The notes under the pieces were generated by a model. It had not been told where the DNA came from, searched no databases, and worked only from the letters and a program-made list of their open reading frames with translations. Positions 48,101-59,904 of a stretch of 64,000 nucleotides of DNA are shown here, piece after piece. The position numbers were made by a program, and so were the translations under genes. Each line of letters begins with the position of its first letter. Position 1 is the first letter of the stretch. This DNA comes from Camelus ferus (Eukaryota), in the NCBI RefSeq assembly GCF_009834535.1, contig NC_045697.1, positions 110,734,001 to 110,798,000 on the forward strand, given 5' to 3'.

Positions 48101-51100
48101 AGTATTATTTAATTTTAAAGATGAAGACATTGAGATGTTAAGTTCTCCAAAGCTGCACGGCTGATATGCAAACCAGACAGGTCTGACTCCAAAGCACATT
48201 AACCAGTCTGAATTGTGATTATACCAGTTTGCTCATTTACTACCTGATTTTGTTTCCCCCTTTTAGCCTAGACAGACTTACCTCTTTATTTTTTCAAAAA
48301 CTCCAGCTTTCAAAACACACCTGAATAACTCAAAATAATTTGTTTTATAGGTATATGTTTCAGGAACACACTTTTTTCAGAGAAGTGTACATCTTCTTGG
48401 CAACGTTAAATGGTGTTCTGGGTTCTGTCTAATTATATCTTTGTATCTGTACATCTGTTTCTGTAATGGAATATATAAAAATCAGAAAGCCATTAGTATT
48501 AATAATTTTATTCATTATCCCAATATAAAGCAAAAAAAGCAGAAAGGGATTTTTTAATGTTTTACCTTTTATATTGTAGATAAATCAACAATAATGCTAA
48601 ATTTTAAAGTTATGTAACCCTATAGAAAATCTATGTTTCATCTAATGTAACTTTGCAGCGCTGGTTCATTGCCAAGAAGTGACATTTTCAGCTCTCAATC
48701 TGTCTGTCAACTATTTCAAGCAAGAGAACCTTAAAGTATAGGCTCAATAATTTATATTCTTAATTTGAACTGACCAGAGCAATAAAATCTTCCCAGGCCA
48801 CTTTACTTGGAAAATACTCATCTTAACCCATTTTGAAAGACTGAGAAGTAAATCCTAAGTCATTCAGAGAACTTGTTCCCCACAAGCGTACTATTACTGT
48901 GAACAGACCTCTTCCTCTTGCACATAGAAATATAATAGGGCCGTCTAGTGCAACAACTGGAACCACCACTAATTACCCCGAGGAACAGCAGTCAGAACAC
49001 ATGAGGCTGGTTTCACCACTGGGCTTTATGGCGCCGTATTTTTCAGCAAGGTGAATAGTGATTAAGCTGCGTGAATTCCCATTAGAGCCATGTGTCAGAA
49101 CCAAAAGGTACTGGGGCTGCAAGTCATTTTAAATTCATTAATGGAAGAAGCAGCAATAAGTAAATACTTGGCCACGTTGGGCTGTATTAGATATATTTAG
49201 GGGTGGATGAAGCCACAGGGGTATCACATTTACCTCTAATGCTAGGGCTTGGCTAAGTAACTTCAATCCACATTTCCCGAATGGTGAATTGCTCTTACAC
49301 AGTCATTTCATAAATGCTTATTATTTCTCACTCACAAAGGGGAACACTGAGTCCTCTCCTTCTTTGCTTTTGCATGCATACTCATAGATTTCTGAGAATT
49401 TGTTGACCAGCCATTGCTTCAGATTTGAATGGGAGGTACCATGGTTTATAGAAAATACAGTATTTTGTCGAGGATACGAAAAATGTTCCTTAAGGACTTC
49501 TGAGACCCTGTTCCAGGCCAACCACAGTCACTACCCTGAGTTCTTGGTGTCAGTATAAAAGCCAAGGTAAAAACGCTATCTTCAGAAATGTGTAAAGTTC
49601 AGTGACCTTTAATACTCTGTTCTTTAAAAAAATCTGTTCTTCCAGTTGTAATTCAAGTGTCCAGATCTCCCCACAAAGCCACCTGTGATTGCAAAGGAGG
49701 CACCTGGGATGGGGGTCAGCTCTTTCAGCTCAAGTAGACGGTCCGCTGTTCATTTGTAGACTCTGTAAAACACGTGATCCCAACTAACGAGACTTAAGGC
49801 GACAAAATCGGTCCTTAATATTCAGAATATTTTTTTTTTTAATCTTCTCACGTTGAAGCCAAAGCCCTTCTACCCTCCTAATCTGCTTTCAGAGCAAAGC
49901 AGCACACGTCTCTGGTTGATGTCTGTCTCGATCTGCTAACAGCATCAGCAGTGGTCGCCCAACCGCCACTCCCAAAGTAGGGAGGCTGACGGCAGAGAAC
50001 TAAGGTGGGACGTGACCTCCCCATGGCCTCATGCTTCCCATACCTCTTCAGTTATCTGGCCTGGAACCACCTATGACCTGCTTAAGTCAAGGGCTAGGTG
50101 AGTTATTTCCTAAAGGGCAAAGAAAAACTATTTGTTCTTCAGGAAAATTTCCATCTTCCAATGCTTGTGTAAATAACAACCTGTTCAAGATTTTGTTTAG
50201 AAAATATAAAGCAATCATTTAGAAATGTGTGGTCAGAGACAAGTCTTGTTTGGTTTGTTTTTTTTTTTTCTCCCCTAAACTGTCAGTCTGTCTTCACTCA
50301 TCTCTCCTCCAATAAATGAGCATTCTCCGGTTAGTCAGTTTTGTTTTTGATTTTTTGCCTCTCCCACAACAGTCCTAGCTTGTTGTTCCGTATGTTTCTC
50401 ACCATAAATTACTTTTCAAACTGAAAATATTTTAGTGGGTCTAAGAGTATTCTATGAGAATTTGTACATTTTATTTTTTACTCTAAAATTAAATAAATAA
50501 ATATATATAATAAGCATATTAGAATCAGTTTATAACCTAACACTGCCACAAAATTTATTTGCATTAACTTATACAAATGTGGCTGTCCATGTTAAGACTA
50601 ACTGACATCACCATGTTCTGTATAAATGAGATTTTAAAAGGAGTTCAAATAGAAATAAGTAGTGAGAGAATTCGTCCTCACCCATTCTTGGCAGTAAAGA
50701 CATGTCAAATTTAAAATAAAACAAAATTACACTTGCATTGTGGCAGTCAGAACCTATTCATGTTGTGAGAGGATGAGTTGGCAGAGCCCATATTTGTAGA
50801 CAGAGGAAAGCTAAAGCACATTATTAACAATACATATTAGAGAACAAAGACTTAAGAAGAATGAAGCACTGTTTTATGCACTGCAGTTGATAATCTTGGT
50901 TTCTTGCCAGATATCTACCACTACTTCCTCTTACAGAACTTGATTATGTTAGCCATCCATCCCTCTGCATGGCTGCACCCCAATTCCTATCCCTTGTCCC
51001 TTTCTTATCTATGTAATACCCAGCATATATACATTCACAGACTACAAATACTGAAACGGCGCATCTTAAAGTTAATCCTGTGCTTTGTCCTATATTTGAA

Positions 51101-51489
51101 AAGAACAGTAATTGATATAGAAAATAAACACAAAGTTAATTTACCAAATTTTTATAACACCCTCAGGCACATAGTTGATCTCTACATTGTGTTATTAAAG
51201 GCCAATTCAGAAACTGATTGAATGTAAAAGTGGACTTGGGTTGCATCATTCTACTATTAAAGCTGACTTTAATTTTAGGTTTAGCAAAATAATATCCTTT
51301 ATATTAAATTAATATTGCTAATTTGAATTTCTTTGACTTCGTTGCTTTGTTTGTATTAAATTCGTACATTAGTTTTGGTTTTAAAACTGTACAAACCCCA
51401 AACACAAAATGAGTTTAAACCTACTTAACAGATTGTCCAGCTTAACTATCTAGTCTAAATCATGTGGCTCACTCTCTCAGGAAAAAAAT

Positions 51490-51710
51490 ATACCACAGTT
51501 GTTAGTGGCATAGAATGTGGAGGGAGATATCTCGGCTTTGAATCAACGTCACCACGTCGGAGCTGTGTGACACTGGAAAAGTATACAAACCTCTTTATAG
51601 AGAGAGACTGACACCAGCAATCCCTTAGTTTGCTATTAGAATTACTTGAGTTAATATATGGGACAGCCTTGAAATAGTACTTGGCACATAGTTTGTGCAA
51701 GTGTTAGTTT
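51490..51710 (+). mobile_element. MIR SINE
   Basis: gctgtgtgacactggaaaagt...gagttaatatatg...gtacttggcacatag. Confidence 0.6.
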
Positions 51711-51885
51711 TTGCTGTTATTCTATCAGTGTATCACGAGCAATGATTAGGGTGGGTATTTACGGGAGGTATCAGTCTTGAGCTGACGACTATAAAGCAAT
51801 CAATCAAAAAATCTGACGTTCACAATTTTGTGTCTAAAGAAGCTGCAGTAAGACCAGTCATTCTGCTATGACCCCTAGGTACTAA

Positions 51886-52230
51886 CTGTCTTAGCCTATT
51901 CTGGCTGCCAGAACAAAAAAACCACAGGGTGGCTTATAAACAGGAGACAATTATTTTTAACAGCTCTGGGGCCTTGAAGTTTAAGATCAAGGTGCCAATG
52001 TGGTTGGGTGAGGGCCCTCTTCTGGGTGTCAGACTTCTTGTGTCTTTACCTGATAGAGGGTCTGGGGAGCTCTGTAGGCCCCTTTTATAAGGGCACTAAT
52101 CCCATTCATGAGGTCTCCACCCTCATAATCTAAGCACCTTCCAAAGGCTCCCCCTCCTGATACCGTCGCATTGGGCAATAGGATAGAAACATGAGTTGTG
52201 GCGGGACACGAACATTCATTCTGTAGCACT
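51886..52230 (-). mobile_element. MaLR LTR (MLT1A-like)
   Basis: tgtcttag...ggctgcc..aacaaaa..ccacag.gtggctta...aagatcaaggtgcc...ttataagggcactaatcccattcatgagg. Confidence 0.8.
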
Positions 52231-53413
52231 AACCAAGTTTCAAGTAAGTGTATAAAGCCACATACACAGTCCACATTAACTTAACCTTCTCATTAATGTT
52301 TTTTTCTTCTGAGTTAATTTCTGGTGCTTTGCCTTTGGCTTTTACCAAGGGTTGACATTTTAAATGGCCATATTTCTTTGCAACAAATGCTAGGTTATAT
52401 AAACGTTAACTGTAACTCACTCCCACGCACCAGGGATTTTTCCAGAAGGCATAATTTAAACTCCTTTTTCAGAAAAGTTAGAAACCTGTAGTTGAATTCA
52501 TGAATAGTTGTTTCAGCTTAGCACAGTGAACTTATGCTTTGTTTGGTCACTTAAAGGTGACATTTCTTACAGCTTTGCTCTGCTCAGTAATTCATACCAC
52601 CGACTCAAGCCCCGTTCCTTTGCATGTTCTCTCAGAACTTAAAGTGATCTATTATAGGAGAGTGGAGGTCTCATTAGCATTTTTTTGGCCTAATTTATAC
52701 CAGTTCTTTTACAGATGATCACAACGTAAAACTGAAGTCTATCCATGGAGAAGACTTTCATTATCTTCTTTGCCTAGTTCTTGCCTTCATTTAGATAGTC
52801 TTCAAGATGCCAGCCAGATAAACAGATAAATGTTAAAAGACATTACTGAAGCTTCTTCTCTCTACACTACAGGATCACTGTTTTTATAAGTATTTTGAAG
52901 ACCCAAATGAGTTGGCCCACAAGAAGACCACATAGCTGAAAAGCTGATGTCTCCAAAGTGCATTAAAAGTCTATTTCATTCAAATTAGAACACTGGAGTT
53001 TTAATTGTGACTAATAAATCTACCATGTTTTAATGCTAAACAAGTTTGTTGTATAGTAGGAATCTTGCTTGACTTGGAGAAAAATACAGTAGAAAACTTC
53101 TGGGTTCCTCTGAAATTCAATGGGGAAAAATGTTAGTCTTTGTTCCCAACATTCTCTGAGGTCAAGAAATACAGTTTGAAGTGTGACTGCAGAAAACTGC
53201 CTTGACCACTTTGCTATCTAGGAAAAAAAATTGTATTTTTATTGTTATTTAATTGGTCTCAACTTGCATAATTCATACCTAAAAATGTCAGACATTCGTT
53301 AAATATTTATTAACTGATAAACTGTTCAGAAAAGTTAACATCTACCCTTCTATTTTTTTTCAAAATAACTTCTGTAGACCATGATATACTCTTAGTTCTG
53401 AAGCGCTCAGAGT

Positions 53414-53474
53414 TTATATTAATTATGGAATTGCATTTGAGATTATATTAATTATGGAATTGCATTTGAGATTA
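53414..53474. repeat. Perfect 29-bp tandem duplication
   Basis: ttatattaattatggaattgcatttgaga at 53414-53442 and 53443-53471. Confidence 0.95.
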
Positions 53475-54444
53475 AGCCAGCTATTAAAAACAACTTGAAT
53501 ATTATGATCCATGAAAAGAGCTACTTTCACTTTTATTCTCCAAGCGACATGCTAGACAATTTTGTTCTTTATGCGAACGCTTCATCTACAAAGGATTTGA
53601 AGTGGCTCATAGAAATGTGTGAGTTTTACAAGGAAAGATCAAATAACTGGGGGAGTTAGGGGTGAGGGGAACATCTACTGAAAGAAATGAAAGTGAAGAG
53701 TAAGTTTCCATTCAAATATTTATGACATAAGGTCCGATCAAAGTGCTAAACTGGGTCTAGAGAATCCTTGTTAAGTCTAGTCAGAGAGGTTAATTGGTGT
53801 GTATTTTATAAAACCAAAATCTGTTCATAATATTATTTTCCAATAAAACATTAGGAAGGCAAAGCTCTACATTAACTTTTTAAAATTACTGATATTTAAA
53901 CAAAGAATATCAATTTCCATAAGAATAATAGAGACTCATACTGTTTGCTAATCCACTTAATAAAAGCTGGTATGGACATGGTGATGTGAAAATCTAGAGA
54001 GAGAAAATGGTCTCCCACGTCCTATCTAGCTTTGCAGCTTCAGTGCCTAATGCTGTTTGTCATCTATTAGTTACTCAATAAATACTTACTTAATGAATGA
54101 GTATAGAAATCAATGAATTAAGAAAGGAATGAAAAAAGATATATGGTTCTGGGGATCCTGCTGGCTTCTTAAATTTGGGGATCACTGTGAAAAATATCTA
54201 AAGACATTCTACGGAAGTGTGTTCCTGGCTGTTTCATTTTTTTATATGCAGAAAGCTCAGAATCGGGTTGTAAACTCTTAAGATTAGTGACTATGACTTA
54301 CTCATCATTTATCTTTCCTCCCACTCTTGCCCTCCAAAAAACTAGCAGCTGTCATTAAAAAACAAACAAACAAAACCCATAAAAACAACAACAATAACAA
54401 CAAAACTCCTACTCTGTGTCAGGTGTTTTTCATTTATCTCACAA

Positions 54445-54815
54445 AGTCTTAGCTAGGGCTTCCATGACAAAATACTATACACTGAGTGGCTTGGGTGACA
54501 GGAGCTTGTTTTCTCATGTTCTGGAGGCTAGAAGTCAGACATCAGGGTGTCAGCATGGTCAGGTTTTGGGGAGAGCCTTCTTTTGGCTTGGGATTGCCAC
54601 ATCTCCCTGGGTGCTCACATAACTTCTTCCTTGTGCACACCCTGGGAGAGAGAGAAAGCTCTGGTTCTTCTTGTAAGGGCACTAATTCCATCTGAGAGCA
54701 CCCCCACCTCAGAAACTCATCTAACCCTAATTATTTCCCAAAGTCCTCATTTTCAAACACCAAAGTTTAGGGCTTCAACACAAATTTTGGAGAGACACAA
54801 ATTTCAGTCCATGAC
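54445..54815 (-). mobile_element. MaLR LTR (MLT1A-like)
   Basis: gtcttagctagggcttccatgacaaaatac...ctggaggctagaagtc...aagggcactaattcca...catctaaccctaatta. Confidence 0.8.
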
Positions 54816-57233
54816 ACTTAGGCTTCGTGAGACCCTGCAAAGTTAGAACGCTACTGGAGTAGAAGGGCATGAAGTTGGGACGTTATATGTTTGTGTCATT
54901 TGTTTGCTTACCCATAATCTAGATTTTATCAGGATCTGATAGGAACAAGCCCCAGAAAACAAATTCACTCTAAGCATACTCTCAAGCTTGATAAACATTT
55001 TAAAACAAAATGTTAGTTTGTTATTTTAACATGAGAACACTACTATCAAGCAGATAATGGTTGACTTAACAAATCAGTAAAAAATTGTCCTGCTATGAAA
55101 AATGAAATAGGAAACTACATTCTGGTCAAAAGTGCCAGCTGATGAATTTATTCCCCCACGCTTTCCACGTAGCAGAAAGGCTTCATTAATTATTTGTTAA
55201 ATTTTCTGCTAGAGTCATAGAAAAGAATGAGAAAAGTATTCTTGAAGGATAGACTTATAGGCTTGGAATGAACAGTAGTCTACAGAAAATTCACCAAATG
55301 GAGCTTGATTAAGCTACCGGAGCTTTTCCAGTTGGGAACTGGAATTTTTCTCACAGGACACTGTCAATTCTGTGATCAGTTTCCATATAATCACCTTGTG
55401 TGATTGTGGAAAATTCATTTTCTGTGGTGACTGGATCCCTGGCTGTAAGTTCTAGTGCTGCCATTACAAAACCTTAAACAAGATACTTGGTTACCCTGAA
55501 TCGTCATTTTCTTGTAATAAGATATTTCTCAGGACTGTGTGATAATTCAACAAAATAAAATGAAAGTAAGAGCTAAAGCTATGGAATGTGTCTTATATTC
55601 TAGACAAGGTGCTTATTGTTTTATTTACATCAGTTGTGCCTTTGGTGCCCATTCAATTTTTCCTTCCCTGCATTTGCTCTGCCTTCCTGCAGGTAGGTTA
55701 TATACACTTCCTATCAACTTGGCTTGGCTAATGGGATATGAGTGGATGGGATCCAAGTAACGTCCAAGCAGAAACTTTAAATGAACTTTTGCACTTTAGT
55801 TCTGCCTTCCTCAGTTTCTGCCCTCTGCCATGAGAAAGGGGATCTCAGGGGCTGTCCTTCAGCCAGAGACTTGAAACAAGGAGGCATGTGGAGTTGAGCA
55901 TTGCCCAGAAGAGCTACAGTCGACTCAAGCCCTCATATAATATGATCAAATAATAAATATTTGCTGCTATAAGACAATGAGAATTTCGGAGTTTTTTTGC
56001 TGCTGTAGTCGTACCTAGAAGCCAATTATTCATAATTTCGGAATATGTGTCACTGACTTCAAGGCCAGGTGGTGGACAGCCAGGAGACTGATCCAGATAC
56101 CAGTGTATTTATTGTTATCCCATGGGATGCAATGCTATTTAAATGACACTCTTCTTCAATTATTTCTTAATTTTTGGAGGGTGGGGTTTTGCTATTTAAA
56201 GTGATATATTTTTCTTGACACAAACGTGCATTTGTTGTATTCACAAAACAGCCTGCTTTCCTAAAACAATACAAACAGCATGTTCAGCAGTGAGAAGCTG
56301 GCCATGGGCAAGGCCCCCAACCCGGCACCTACCTCCACCTGCAGCGGGCCAGGCACAGAAGCCCCTTCTGTTGCCATCAGCAAAGGCCAGAAAAAAGGGC
56401 CTTATTTTCTCTAAGGGAATTACCCAGGCTCAGAAATATCGAGACATGGGCTCCCCAGATCTCAATGTATAAACGAACAGAACTTTCCTTCGTTTACACA
56501 AAATCATCACTGTTGGGGTGGGGGATCCCATTCTGGGGACCGAGGGTGCAGCACGGTAGGCCCGGGCCCCGGGGGGTGGGTGGGCTGCTCCCTCCCGCTC
56601 TGCGAGCTCCTCGGGGCAGCGCCGCACGAGTGGATGGGTACCCAGGGGCTGACAGGGCGCCATCAACTTTCTCTATAAACATGAGTGGATCCTCCAGGCA
56701 AACTATGCACCATTTCATGGTCGAAAAGAATCAAAGGCAGTTTAAATGAGGGTGGGGTTAAACTGTGCTAAATTACAGTAGTGCTTATTAGCAACTAGAT
56801 TTCAAAAGGTTACAGAAAATTTACATTTTCTACACAAAAACTGCATCTTCTGCACAGACAACGTTGACATTGACGCAGGAAGAAAACTGATTGTACATTT
56901 TTTGCCCAGGAAGTCTTAGTACTTTATAGATTCGTCTGTACCTCTTTTTTTGTTGTTCTTCCAAAAAATCAGTTAATTATTTTTTTCTTTTTCTTTTTAT
57001 ACTAGGGACGTGGAGATGTTAAAATGACAACAACAACTATATATATGTAAAAACAGGAGTGAAATCTGCGAGAGAATATTTTTGGTTCTAAAGACAGTGC
57101 ATCCATTTGTTTTTGCTTGAATCCCTTGCCAGAGGCCACACTAGCAGTGACATTGCACAGAGAGGGCAGCTTTGGGTTCCCGCCACAATCACTAAAACCA
57201 CCGGAAGGAGGCTCCCATCGGAAGCATCACCTT

Positions 57234-58775
57234 CTGGCAGGAACAGGAGACAAAAACAAGGAGAGAGTTCACCCAGGGTCTGGCTGGGCCTGGTTAAAGA
57301 TGTTCACCCCATGGATGGCCTCACGATGGAGGGATGGGCATGGAGTAACAGAGGCCACCCCGTGGAGTTCCTGCCATCCTGGCCAGGCCAGAGGAGAAGC
57401 CTGACCCGCTGGGCCACTGGAGGGCCCGGAGCACCCAGAGGCCTCCTGAGCCACTGTGCCCAGGAACACTCCTTCCAGACAGGAAGACTCCTTTCCCCGG
57501 TCCAAAGGCCACAAGCGCCAGGTGCCTGTGGTGCATCTGAGAGTTATGGTCACGTTTCTGTCAAATGAGTACGTGTACACGTGTGCACTGGACACATACA
57601 AGGTGTGTGCCTTGAGCTGTGCTACAGTGATTAGCGTGTTTGGAGCTGTGCTAGGAAGGAAGGATGCTTGCGGTGTCTATTAAGAGCTGCGCCTGTAATA
57701 AGACTGGGTACTGGGCATGATGTATGTGTGTGTGTGTGCGTGTGTGTAACTGTCTCTACACTAGATGAGAGCAGGCGCCTTTGTGTGCACACAAGTGTGT
57801 TCTCTGGACAGGAGGGCAGATGCATGCTGGGGCTTGGGGTAGGGGACAGCCACGGCTGGGGTGCCATTGTTTTACAGCCATTCTGTACATTTGCATCAAG
57901 CCCATTCGCAGAGGGGCGGGGACAGGGCAGGGTCAGCAGGCTGAAAAGTTGCTTTTGTACCCAGGCCTGACACCACAGCAAGGTGTTATGGCTGAGGGCA
58001 TGGGACAGGCCCTGCTACAAGGGTGGCGAGAAAACAGCATGGGAACCCTTCTGCCTTCTCAAAGCCAATCCCACAGTGGCCAAGGCTTGCCTGTACTCCA
58101 GGCTCAAGCCATCCCCTGGTCCCAGCCCCGTCCACAGGACCCCTGGCCATTAAGTATGCAGCCAGACTGGTCTTAGGGTCCCAAGGCACCCCAAATTTGT
58201 TAACTAGGTGCCTAGAGCTAGGGTTCTTCCAGGCCTCAGAGCAGAGCAGTCAGCACTGGAGCTGCTCTATCCTTGGGTGGCCTCAGGGGGAAAAGTTGGT
58301 CTCTGAAAGGGCAAATGAAGGGCTTACCCCTCAAAGCCACAGGGTCCACCAGACAGAACCCCTCAAATGGGGCAGAGGAGAGTCCCGGAATCTTGGGTCA
58401 CGGACTGGAAGCGTTAGGACATGTCTGAAAGTCAGAGACTTAGTACCTCTGTGGGAATCTCAATCCCTGACCCAAAACTCCAGGAGGGGTTCAGAATCCG
58501 GGGGCTTGGAGAGAATGCTAGGCCCCTGCCTGGAATTTCATGCTTGCCTAAGCTCAAAACAACCTACGGGCATCTATCTGAGGATGTGGCTCTGACTTGT
58601 GGGGCAGTGAAGCGGTGTCTTGGAGCCTGCCCTAAAACCCTAGAGCCCAGGGATGGGCTGGGCATCCCACAGACACTCGCCCAGGCAGGAAAGGTGTGGA
58701 TCTGGGCAGGAGTGGGTTTGGACTGCCGGACAGGCGCAAGAGCCCACACACCTCCCTCTAAGGCGTGTAAGTTAC
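57234..58775 (-). other. Retained CXXC5 last intron (1542 bp) with intact GT...AG
   Basis: Donor GAG|GTAACT; acceptor ctctctccttgtttttgtctcctgttcctgccAG|AAGGTGATG. Joining the exons gives SAALE-KVMLP as in CXXC5. Confidence 0.9.
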
Positions 58776-59117
58776 CTCCAGCGCAGCAGAAGAGTTGAGT
58801 TCCTCACATTTCCTCAATTTGCAAATCTGATGGCTAGCTTTTCGGTTCTTACAACTGCTGCACTGCTGGCAGCCGATGCGCCGCGGGCAGGGCGCACACA
58901 GGCCGCAGCGTTTCCGCTTCTTCCCGGCGGAGCTGATGGCGGAGGACAGCTCTCCCTGCATGGGGTACCCGGCCAGGCCAGCCATGTGCAGCGCGCTCTC
59001 AGCCAGGAACACGCCCGCCGAGGTCATGATGAAGACGCCTGGGCTGATGGGGAAGGCGCCCAGGTAGGGGAAGTCGGACTGGCCAGTTGAGGGCTTCGGC
59101 ACCCGCCAAGCCTCCAT
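58776..59117 (-). CDS. Putative residual ORF, part 1: 114 codons containing the CXXC zinc finger; splices in frame to 57233-57192 (127 aa total); expression unproven
   Basis: ATG in gacATGG context, open through the eight-Cys CXXC domain to GAG|GTAACT (donor GT at 58775-58774). Confidence 0.3.
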
Positions 59118-59904
59118 GTCGGGCAGGCCGGGCGCCCGCCTCGCTCACCCGCGGTCGGCGCGCCTGCACCACGCGCTTCAGCATCTCCGTGCACTGCGCG
59201 AACTGCCGCAGCGTCAGCTGTCCCTCGGCTGCCAGCTCCGCGGCCCGCTCTGCCTTGCCCAGCAGGCTGGCCACAGCCACGTTCGTTGCTTTTGTCCGCC
59301 GCCAGGTCGTGCCCACTGGCCAACAGGGAGGCAGCGGCTGCAGCCGCAGCCGCAGCAGCCTTTGCAGCAGACTCCCCGCCCATCATGCTGCCAGCGCCAC
59401 TGCCCCCAAGGGAAGAGCTGTGGGCGAGAGGGCGGGGGCGGCGCAGGCGCTTGTTGAGGGGTTCGCTGATGATGCCGCTCTTGTTCCGACGCTGGGTGGG
59501 TGGGGGCATCGTCTGCTACCGAGGCGGCTGCACTCTTGCCTGCCACTCCCGCCTTCCCGCCGCAGCCGCCACTGCAGCCTCTGGCGTTGCTGTTGCTTCT
59601 GCCGCCTGTGTCCTGGAGGCCGCTGCCCAGGCTGGACGCGGTGGGGCGGAGGCCTAGACCCCGCGTCTGCGGGAGCCTGCCAACTGCGAGGGGTCCACAG
59701 ACGAGCAGCGGGCCCTTCTGCCCACGACAGGGACGCCGGGGAGGCCTTGCTGCTCAGGGCAGGTGCACGTGGACGTGTCGTCACTCTGAACTTCGGGGCA
59801 GCCGCGCCGCCAAACTTTCCATCGACGTGCAGCGAACTCTGGCCCCCGCCACACCTAAAGTGGTATATTATTTTAAATTATATAATATTTGTTAGGTTGT
59901 TTAT

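Larger units (their letters stand above)
56050..59853 (-). pseudogene. CXXC5: CXXC5 (RINF) copy: disrupted, apparently semi-processed retrocopy retaining the last intron
   Basis: Minus-strand ORF pieces in different frames spell CXXC5 segments: [49 protein letters not shown]...[12 protein letters not shown]...[12 protein letters not shown]. The last exon KVMLPMGASFRWF* is at 57233-57192. The start-codon position reads GCG (59639-59637), there are several frameshifts, and AATAAA lies at 56113-56108. Confidence 0.93.

Noticed and set aside
56010..56040. TSD for the CXXC5 copy (acctagaag versus acctaaag at ~59853)
   Set aside because: The match is short, imperfect and not positioned at both boundaries.
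56050..59853. Being the functional CXXC5 or CXXC4 gene
   Set aside because: Start codon lost, multiple frameshifts, no promoter or long first intron, and an abrupt boundary with AT-rich repeat DNA. The N-terminal peptides match CXXC5 rather than CXXC4.
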